DNA of 62,508 nt, the filler included, from Klebsormidium nitens (taxonomy: Eukaryota > Plantae > Klebsormidiophyceae), in assembly GCA_000708835.1 (NCBI GenBank). It is 4 parts of 4 records of this genome, joined end to end, with 100 filler letters (N's around TTAATTAATTAA, not from the genome) between each part and the next. Parts side by side here need not be neighbours in the genome. Positions count along the whole stretch, not along the records: positions 7,968 to 33,417 come from DF237838.1; positions 33,518 to 49,268 come from DF237886.1; 2 more parts are not named here. One strand, written 5' to 3'. Below the pieces are notes generated by a model that saw only the letters and a program-made list of their open reading frames with translations, was not told the origin of the DNA and searched no databases. Shown in pieces: positions 26,701 through 35,531 of this stretch (position 1 is the first letter of the stretch; each line of letters starts with the position of its first letter). Made by a program: the position numbers and the translations under genes.

Positions 26701-29160
26701 GCGGCCATGCAGATCTGAAGCCCCTGAAGGTTAACTACGAGGACCTGCAGAAGCGCTTCGGCAAGTGCGGCGACTTCGTCTCCAGCACGCTTGAGACCGG
26801 CCTTGCCCCGTCTGCGGTAAGCGCAGGCGCTGTTTTAGTTGCTGCTTGATCGCACACCTTTCCTTAGCAGAGTAGTGGCTTGTACCTGTCGGATGGCTGT
26901 TGTCAAGTTTGTAAGGTTGGATATTTGTGGACTAAGCGTCTTATGTCTTCTCTTTGGAGCGCCATTGTGTCAAAGGCAGAGCGCTCAGGATTTTGTTCTG
27001 CAAACCTGCCCCTCGAAAGTCAGTTTGGTTTTTCATGCTGGCCTGGATGCTGGTTTAGGAACGGATGCTGGTTTAGGAACGCCAGACTTAACCAAGCAAT
27101 TTCAGAATCTGGAATCGGATTTGTCATACTTCAGAACTTTACCTTACTCATAACAGACCCGTTTTGATAACTCTCGAAACCTTGGGTGTGCTGCAGGATT
27201 TTCCCGAGCCTATTGCTGAACCCTCAGAACAAACCCGTTTCCTAACCACCCTAAAACGCTGGGTTTGCTGCAGGACTTTTCGGAGCCGGACCGTGTGCTG
27301 CGCAATGCGATCGAGGTGACGGCGATCGACTACGAGAAGGGCAGCATGTGGGGCAAGGACATTGGCTGGATCTACGGGTCCATCACGGAGGATATCGTCA
27401 CCGGTTTCGTCATGCACTCGCGCGGCTGGCGCTCCGTCTATGCCATGACCAAGCGGCCCGCCTTCAAGGTGGGTCAGCTGTTTAAATGTTGACGAGGTTA
27501 AGGATGGGTTTTGGCGAATCTGGTTATGCTTATTTGTGGGTGTGAGGAGAGGTGGGAACTGAGGTTTGGCCTTCTTGATGGAAACAGTTTGAGTGTAGAA
27601 GATGAGAAGCGACCAGATTCAGGACTGCCAACGAGTGTGACAGAAACGCAACGGATGTCCGTAAGGACCGACGGTGTGCTCACTTAGAAACCAAACCTCG
27701 TCGGCTTCCATCTCTTTCAAAGGCTGTCACATCTTTCTCCAAAAGTAACTAGGTTTGCAAGCAGTTCGGGGTGCTTGCAAAGCAACCCGCACTCCTATCC
27801 TTTGCCGGTTCTGCAGGGGAGCCCTCCCATCAGAGTGTCACTTTCGCAACTTTGCAAACCCTCCTCCCTTTCCTGACACTCTGTTTCACTCCCCGCAGGG
27901 AACCGCCCCTATCAACATGGCCGATCGTCTGCACCAAGTCCTCCGGTGGGGTCTCGGCTCCGTCGAGATCTTCTTCTCGCGCCACAACCCGCTGTGGTAC
28001 GGCTACCGCAAGGGCAACCGCGGGCTGAAGGGCGCGCAGCGCCTCGCGTACATCAACACGACCGTCTACCCGTTCACGAGCATTCCGCTCGTCGTCTACT
28101 GCATGCTCCCCGCGCTCTGCCTCTTCTTCAACCAGTTCGTGACGCCCGAGATCAGCTCGACCGCGCTCGTCTACTTCTTCGTCTTCTTCGCGTCGATCGC
28201 AGCGACCGCCATTATGGAGATGCGCTGGAGCAACGTCACGTTCACGGACTACTGGAGGAACGAGCAGGTGAGAGGAGAGGAACGCTTTTGGGGTGTGTCG
28301 AGCTTGAAATTGTCATATGAGCAGTTGGGAGCCTGCGTTTCTCATGCATGTCGCAGTGACAAAAGGTGTCTGCATGAGGACGTTACATGACTGATGTTGG
28401 GTCTAGCTAGGAGCAGCACTTTGACAAACCTGCGGGGTGTTCAGGTTGTTTCCTTGGCTCTGCCGTTTCGTTGCCAGCTCTTGCGACCGGGCTAGAGTTC
28501 CCCGCCACTTCCTCTTTGGATGCATTTTACTCCTTCAAAAAGAGCAAGCCTCTGTCTCCTGACCAGCCTTCGAAACCGCTGCTGATCCTTCCATTACCCG
28601 CATAAACCCTCGTTAACCCGCTATTCTCCCCTGCGCAGTTTTGGGTTATCGGAGGCACGAGCTCGCACTTGGCCGCCGTGTGGCAAGGCCTGCTCAAGGT
28701 CATCTTCCGCGTCGACTCCAAGTTCACGCTCACGCAAAAAGACCTTGGCGACGCTGACGACGAGTTCGCGGAGCTGTATGTCTTCCGCTGGACGTGGCTC
28801 ATCGTCCCCCCCATTGCGATCGTTCTCGTCAACCTCCTGGGCATCGCGATCGGAATCACCAGGGAGCTCGCGAAAACCGTCCCTTCCTGGGGGGATCTCT
28901 TCGGGAAGCTCGCGTTTTCCGGCTGGGTGCTCATCCACTTATACCCGTTCGCCAAGGGTCTTATGGGGCGGCGCAACAGGATACCCCCCTACGTGTGGCT
29001 CGTCCTCGGGGCGATGCTTATCGGGCTGGGGATCGGATATACGACGTTCTTCTCAGTCAGCGGGATTGCGGACAAGTCGCCGTCCAGTGCGACGGATCCA
29101 GCGGCAGGCGGGGCATACGCGGGGAGCGCTTATGCAAACGGGCTGTACTACGGTCCTTAG
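17761..29160 (+). CDS. CESA: Plant-type cellulose synthase (GT2, CesA/CslD superfamily), 17 exons, 1133 aa
   Basis: Exons: 17761-18120, 19477-19681, 20563-20699, 21389-21455, 21774-21942, 22483-22624, 23028-23221, 23559-23703, 23971-24033, 24406-24543, 24894-25112, 25464-25658, 26097-26274, 26713-26816, 27274-27468, 27899-28267, 28639-29160 (3402 nt, all GT-AG and phase-consistent). Motifs: RING zinc finger, [53 protein letters not shown]-terminal TM helices. Exon 1 is less certain than the rest. Confidence 0.95.
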
Positions 29161-30873
29161 ATCCGGGAGTGTCAGGAGATACAGGAACCCGGGGTTGGTC
29201 GCAGAGAACGAAATTTTGCTGCGGGGAGTTGGAGAGTTTCGGTTACGGTGGGGTTTGGCAGAGACCGAGATTTTAGGCGAGGGATGGGCTTGGGACGGTT
29301 TGCAGGGACGGGAGACGGCTGTATTTATCACAGTTGGTAGGCGGACTGTTCGTGCTAGAGCAACTGAAAAGTGGCTGGTGGAGTTAAAAAAGGGAGGACC
29401 AGGCTACTAAGTTATTCTAGAGATTGCGTAGCTGCTGTGCTTGACTAGTTTGCTGTCTCTGTCGACTTTGGAAACCTTTCGTAGCTGACTGTGGAATCGA
29501 TTAGGGTAGAGTTCTTCCAATAACGGCGTCTTCCACAAGGGCGCGTGCGTGTGTGTCTAGAAGAGTCATTGCATCGTTGACCCACGTAGACAAGCACTCG
29601 AAACAAGAAACACCACAACCATCATTCTTTCCTGCAGACTGCGTCGAATTGACTTTTCCCATGTTAGGAACGTGCTAATCCATTTAGCGCCCACACTGTC
29701 AATTGGTTCTTAGGTGCGGAAGTGTTTAAGGGCGCTGTCGATTCTGACATTGATCAAGCATTTTCACTCACATAGTCATCAGAATGGTCCTACTGAGCAG
29801 GGGCACGCAGTTCATGTCTGAACTGCGTGTTATGCAGTGAGGTACGTTGAGCCTTTTTCTTTTAGCGCTAGTTGGCACCTAAGTTTTATGCATGCGAGCG
29901 GAGTCCGGTTTGATTGGTTGACATGCGGGGCACGATGGGTTATTTCACACTAATATGAGGAAACGGAGCTAGTACCACGAGATGTTGCAACTTGCATCAT
30001 GTCATGCCAGGACAATTGGGCCTGAGAATCTTCCAAAAACAGGTTTTATTAGCTTTCCCACATCAAACCAGCTAGCATCTTCCGGAAACAAGATTTTTAT
30101 ACCACAATCACTAATTTCCCGCGATTTATAATCGAGTTCTTGATCATTGCAGTTGTCGAGTCACGCTGAAATCAGTGCCAGCACATGCAGCTGCATGTGC
30201 TCGATCACGTACCGTAACCGTCCAATCACAAGCCCATGCCGTCAGACAGCTTCGGAGATCATATTCAATTAACATGTCGCCGCGGAGGAAGTCCGGGCCG
30301 TCATACTAAATAGCCATGGCCGCCATGCAAAAGAGTTGTGTTCATATCATGCACTTCAGATCTGCTCGCTCATGTACATAGCCGTCAGCTAGCATAATTG
30401 CTCACTGATGCATGCATACAGATACATTGAGCGAAGCTGGACTCAGCCCACATTACTCAAAAACCTAGCAATGAGCCGGCGGCCGGGGTGCATATACCGG
30501 TCGCAGCTCACTACTTTCGCATTCACATTACTTCTGGTCCACGCGCTTCACCGGTTCTTTACACCAGTCCTTGTTGGACTCGATCATTGACACTGTCCGA
30601 ATACCATCATGTCAGCTTTGCTTAAACCTGGGCGTTGCTTAAACCTTCAAATAGATCCACCTACTGCCCGTGTCACCCACTGGATCATGTCTCGTCTTTT
30701 ATTCACACCAGATCAGCTCCGTATCAAACAAAACGACCTGACCGATTCATTACAGGGCACTCAGGGTCCTAAATTCTAAACCTTTAGACATCGCCCTCAT
30801 ACTTCCAAACCGACTGCCCGTTAACAGGGCCCCTAATCACACCTTCAAAACCGCCCTATCTCCACTGCCGCTT

Positions 30874-32450
30874 TCATACTCCCGCGCTTTCCTCGTTCTC
30901 AGCACCTTTGTATTTCCAGACGTCCCCGTTGCTCTTATCGGGAACGATCCGAATGGTCGACTCCGGAAAAGCTGGCTCCTTATACCCCACCGCCTTGTAG
31001 AAGTCTACGTCCTTCTCGACTCTGATCCCTTCGACGATCCTATAGGACGGAAGCTTGACCCCCGCGGATTCCGCCGCCCCCCCCTTGAGACCGCCGCTCT
31101 CTTCGTGCGGCCTCTTGTGACTGACGGGGGGTCTTTCCGGGTTGTCGGATCGACCTGTTGCCCCCCCCTCGCGGCCAATCTCGCTGTAGGACTCCGAACC
31201 CCTCTCGTCTTGCACTTTCTCGCCCCCCTTGTGGCCGATCTCTCTGTAGAACTCCGAACCCTTCTCGTCTCGCACTTTCTCGCCCCCCTTATGACCGATC
31301 TCCCTATAAAACTCCGGACCCTTTTCTTCTTTCACCTTCTCTCCCCCCTTTTTGCCAATCTCGCTGTAGAACTCCGAACCCCTCTCGTCACGCACCTTCT
31401 CCCCCCCCTTGTGGCCAACCTCTCTGTAGAACTCGGGCCCTTTCTCTTCTTTCACTTTCTCCCCTCCCTTGTGACCAATCTCCCTGTAGAACTCCGAACC
31501 CCTCTCGTCTCGCACTTTCTCCCCCCCCTTGTGACCGATTTCTCTGTAGAACTCAGGCCCTTTCTCGTCTCGCACTTTCTCCCCCCCTTTGTGACCGATC
31601 TCCCGGGAAAACTCCGGGCCATACTTTTCTTTCACCGTCTCCCCCCCCTTGTGTCCAATCTCTCTATAGAACCCCGGACCTTTTTCCTCTTTCACTTTTT
31701 CACCCCCCTTATGACCGATTTCTTTGTAGAACTCTGGACCTTTTTCCTCTTTCACTTTTTCACCCCCCTTGTGACCGATCTCCTGGTAGAACTCTCGCCC
31801 CCTCTCGTCTCTGACTGTCTCACCCCCCTTGTGGCCGATCTCGCGATAAAATTCCGGGCCCTTCTCTTCCCTCACTTTCTCCCCCCCCTTCTGGCCGATC
31901 TCGTGGTAAAATTCTGGCCCGTGCTTATCTTTCACAGCCTCCCCCCCCTTGTGACCGATCTCTCTATAGAACTCCGGCCCCTTTTCTTCCTTCACTTTCT
32001 CCCCCCCCTTGTGACCGATCTCACTGTAGAATTCGGGACCGTACTTCTCTTTCACCGTCTCCCCCCCCTTGTGACCAATCTCCTTGTAGAATTCCGGACC
32101 GTACTTTTCTTTGACGGTCTCCCCCCCTTTCTGCCCCCCCTTGTGTCCAATCTCACGATAGAACTCCGGTCCTTTTTCTTCCTTCACTTTCTCGCCCCCC
32201 TCGTGCCCTATTTCCTTGTAGAACTCAGGCCCGTACTTTTCTTTCACAGCCTCCCCCCCCTTGTGACCGATCTCCCTGTAGAACTCAGGCCCCCGTTTCT
32301 GCTTAACCGTCTCCCCCCCTTTGTGACCAATCTCTTGGTAGAACTCTCGCCCCTTTTCGTCGCAAACTGTTTCTCCGCCTTTGTGGCCGATCTCCTTGTA
32401 GAACTCGGTCCCTCTCTCGTGGGCGGTTGTCTGACCCCCCTCCGAGCGAC
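30874..32450 (-). CDS. Em/GsiB-like group-1 LEA (LEA_5, KGG-repeat) hydrophilin, main exon; start codon unresolved
   Basis: 21 tandem units of consensus EFYREIGHKGGEKVKEEKGP followed by a ~90-aa unique tail. The acceptor GATCAG| lies at 32451-32453. A candidate 23-nt micro-exon sits at 32699-32677, and a candidate TATA (33238-33232) and ATG (33145) lie upstream. Confidence 0.85.
31162..32406 (-). repeat. Coding 60-bp tandem repeat (20 full units plus 1 partial) inside the LEA gene
   Basis: The 60-nt period is directly visible in the sequence. One unit carries a 12-nt insertion (QKGG). Confidence 0.97.
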
Positions 32451-32945
32451 CTGATCCGCATTGAAAGAAGTAGATGAGACGTCGAAAGGAAGCTGCGTCT
32501 GAAAACTGCTTGGTGATCGAACGTTTCGAATGCAGATAACGCAATGATGCAGATCTAGAGATAAGGAGCCCTCTCTCGGACGTTGCTTATTGCGGTGTTG
32601 CGGAACGCTTTTGAAACGTCGTTGTATTTCATCGCTGCACATTGAGCTGTTTGTTTCGATACCTTGAGTCACTCACCGAGAACCTTTTTCCAGGGTGTTC
32701 TTCAAAACACAAGATGATCAAACGAAAGAAGATTTGCTACGACGTTCTGCATTAAATAGTATCACTCTTGATGGGACAGAAGATTGAGAGTTCCTTGGGA
32801 AGCAGCGAGAAATTTCAGTCAAAATCAAACTAGACTGAAGATGTTGGATAAGTATCGGTAAAAATCCGTTCCATCCGATGCGACTAGATTTAGGTGACAC
32901 CAGAAGAGTCTCTGCATTGCAGTCGTGCCCAGGCGAGTTCAGGTG

Positions 32946-33238
32946 CATGCAGGATAGATTCGCCAGGATCTAGCACTGGCAACGAATCTAGAATAGTCCT
33001 CGAGACGAAGTGGTCGCACGTGCAATCCCTATGCAACGAAGAGGGAAGCCTTCCCTTTCTAGAAGGTACCACATCATGCACGAAGCGATCTAAATCTTTT
33101 CACTCTCTTCTCAGAAAGCGCTCCTTCTAAGCCAGACAAAGACATCGTTCCTTTCCCGGTGCTCTGAATCTGGCTCTTGGATGTGCTTGGAAAGGTGCCG
33201 TCACTCGGCCATGCACAAGTCGAAATTTCCGTTTTATA
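32946..33238 (-). promoter_or_regulatory. Candidate 5' regulatory region of the LEA gene: TATA, G-box and RY motifs
   Basis: TATAAAA on the minus strand at 33238-33232, CACGTG at 33017-33022, and CATGCA at 32946, 33075 and 33210. These hexamers are short enough to occur by chance. Confidence 0.25.
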
Positions 33239-33517
33239 TCCATCAGCATAGACAATTCCATCTTCGAAGCTGCAATCCAGCATCACCAGCTGGGAAGAGT
33301 AAGGATGCTCTCTCCTTGCAGAAGAAACTCTGATTTCCATATCCATTGGTTCTCCCCAGAAGAAAAGCATTCGGCCCCCACCTTTGGCGAGATTCAGCTG
33401 CGCATCCGGCCCACTGTNNNNNNNNNNNNNNNNNNNNNNNNNNNNNNNNNNNNNNNNNNNNTTAATTAATTAANNNNNNNNNNNNNNNNNNNNNNNNNNN
33501 NNNNNNNNNNNNNNNNN

Positions 33518-33628
33518 ATTTAACCGTGTAACCGTAACTTCTAGTTACCATCGAATCACCGTCGACGTCGTGATCCTAAAACCCTAGAATCACCCAGAGA
33601 TTCGGTCCCTAAATGCCCGTATCTCAAC
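33518..33628 (-). mobile_element. Copia LTR end (family X) truncated by the gap, inserted in element 1
   Basis: The sequence ends ...taaatgcccgtatctcaaca, matching the LTR terminus at 35510-35531 and the reverse complement of 36165. Confidence 0.7.
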
Positions 33629-35531
33629 AGTCCTTCTCCGCCCCGTTGACCTTATAAACCCCCTAAACTTTCCGAGCGACAAGTACTACCTCCCCGTCAA
33701 TCTCAAGTTCGATTGTCGTTCTCGTTGAACATCACTAACGCAATCTCGGTGGTCTTGCTCACCGAGATCCAATTCGTCGCCGCCACCCCAAGGACATACA
33801 TCACGTTTTGCAGAGTGACAAGACTCTCTATGGTCGGTGCAAGTAAGATGCAGCTCGGGCAGGAGTTGCATTCTTTCAAGATTAAGTCGGGTGAGCCCGT
33901 GACCATGTATGTGGGTCAAGCAAACGATTTGTATGGGAACTTGGTCGCCAACCGTTCAGAGATGAAGCCGGATGAGTTGGCATGGACCGTGCTTGTGGGA
34001 TTGCCCAAGACGTTCGGTACTGTGAGAAGAATCGTAGAGGCTTTGAAGAGTGCCATTAGCTCGGTGGATGCGACTCTGCCCACGCTCTTGGTGCATAAGC
34101 AGGGGTTTGAGGAGTCGCCCAAGGCCAAGGGGCGGCGGTCGGACTCCGCTTTGGCCTATGTGGCCGGGCGGATAGCGAACAAGGAGACGTGCCACGGCAA
34201 AGATGAGAGCCGGGGCAAAAGGCCCCAAATGCTACCATTTGGGTCACATTGCCCGGAAGTGCAACAAGGCAGAGAAGCGGGAACACAAGCCGGAGCAAAA
34301 AAAGGGGGGGATTCGTCGTTTAGCCCAATGATGGACAACGCTTTCTTTGATTGAGCTGGGTGCGCTACGAGATCCTCCATTCTGTTCCATAGATCCTTGA
34401 AAGTCAGAAGAAACTTAATCTTCGAACGCCACGTTCTATAGTTTCCACATCCAACTTATCAATGTGGACCTTGTATCCGTCGGCCATCCGAGGGATTGCG
34501 TACCCTTTCTCTCTTTCTCAGGTGCAAAGGTGGATAATTATCTTTTAGGCTTTCCCGGCCACTTGATTCCCCTTGTGGGCTTTCAAGTGTCGTTTAGCTC
34601 AAACAGCATCAACGATGAAGCAGACCAACCCCACCGATGCCTTCGTTGAAAACCATTGGCCGACCTTGGCTCACAGATTCAATTTTCAAGCTTGTTGGAA
34701 TCCGTTGACCAGCTCTAGTCAGCCGGATTGCTTATCGACGGCCCAGATTGCATAGGCTATGGAGTTAGTTAGATCGGACGGTAGAGTGCAGCCTAAAGTC
34801 CAGCTTGTGACTGAGATCAGTGTAGACTCAGATACAGTGACTAGTGGCTAGACTTGTAACAGGACTTGTGACAGGCTGCCGTGCTTGATAGAGACGAACA
34901 TGAATATTGTGAGATCATTCTGAGAGAAGTGCTTAGGAGTGAAGAGGCGCTTCTGTGAAGGGCGTTCAGCCCCGGTGTATCTCGGAATGGGTGTATGGTG
35001 ACCCGCGCTTGAGATAGCGCGGCGATGCATTGGCGTGCTTATGCAATGCATGAAGGGTGAATCTCAACAAAGCTCTTGAAGGACTATTATTGAATGCTTG
35101 CGCCTTCACTCCCTAGGCGCCGTGGTGCGCCGTCCGTGCGCCGTGGGCCTATAATCTGTTGAAATACGGCGTTGTTGGGAATGGATTATCAAGTTCACAC
35201 AATACATATCGAGTGTTCGGAGTCTAGCGCTGATAAAGCTATGCAGTCTGTGTGCTATGCTAGGCTCACTCAAGTAGAGTCACACTAGTCTACACGGATA
35301 GCCTAGGAGGCTCAGTTGATCGCGGATATGCAAGTCCGAAAGTCTCGCGCAAATCTGAATATGGACGGCTATTATCGGACCTACTCATTACGGCGGTTAC
35401 TCAATAAGTCATTCGGGTGTAACGCTGTAACCCGCGCGCAATTAACCGCCAACTGCTAACTAACGGTTATCGTCAAACTCCTATCGACGTCACACAAGAG
35501 ATCGCGCACATTAAATGCCCGAATCTCAACA
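33629..35531 (-). mobile_element. Degenerate Ty1/copia element 1 (5' LTR 35531-35157, PBS, gag from ATG 34487, protease region) with an internally inverted gag segment
   Basis: The LTR has TG...CA ends. GATTATAGGCCCA follows it at 35156-35144. Gag starts MADGYKVHIDKLDVENYRTWRSKIKFLLTFKDLW. Segment ~33835-34312 is gag in the + orientation. The element is colinear with element 2. Confidence 0.85.
34693..35069 (+). mobile_element. Solo LTR (copia family Y), 377 bp, 5-bp TSD AAGCT
   Basis: The ends are TGTTGG...CTCAACA, with AAGCT at 34688-34692 and 35070-35074. It is homologous to the LTR at 52076-52456, and the flanks rejoin as the element 1 leader. Confidence 0.92.

Noticed and set aside
27771-29410. 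Alternative-frame ORFs overlapping the CesA exons
   Set aside because: They are by-products of high GC3 codon usage, and the true frame is fixed by conserved motifs.
31105-32454. 449-aa and 218-aa + strand ORFs
   Set aside because: These are antisense shadows of the 60-bp LEA repeat, whose purine-rich codons lack complementary stops.
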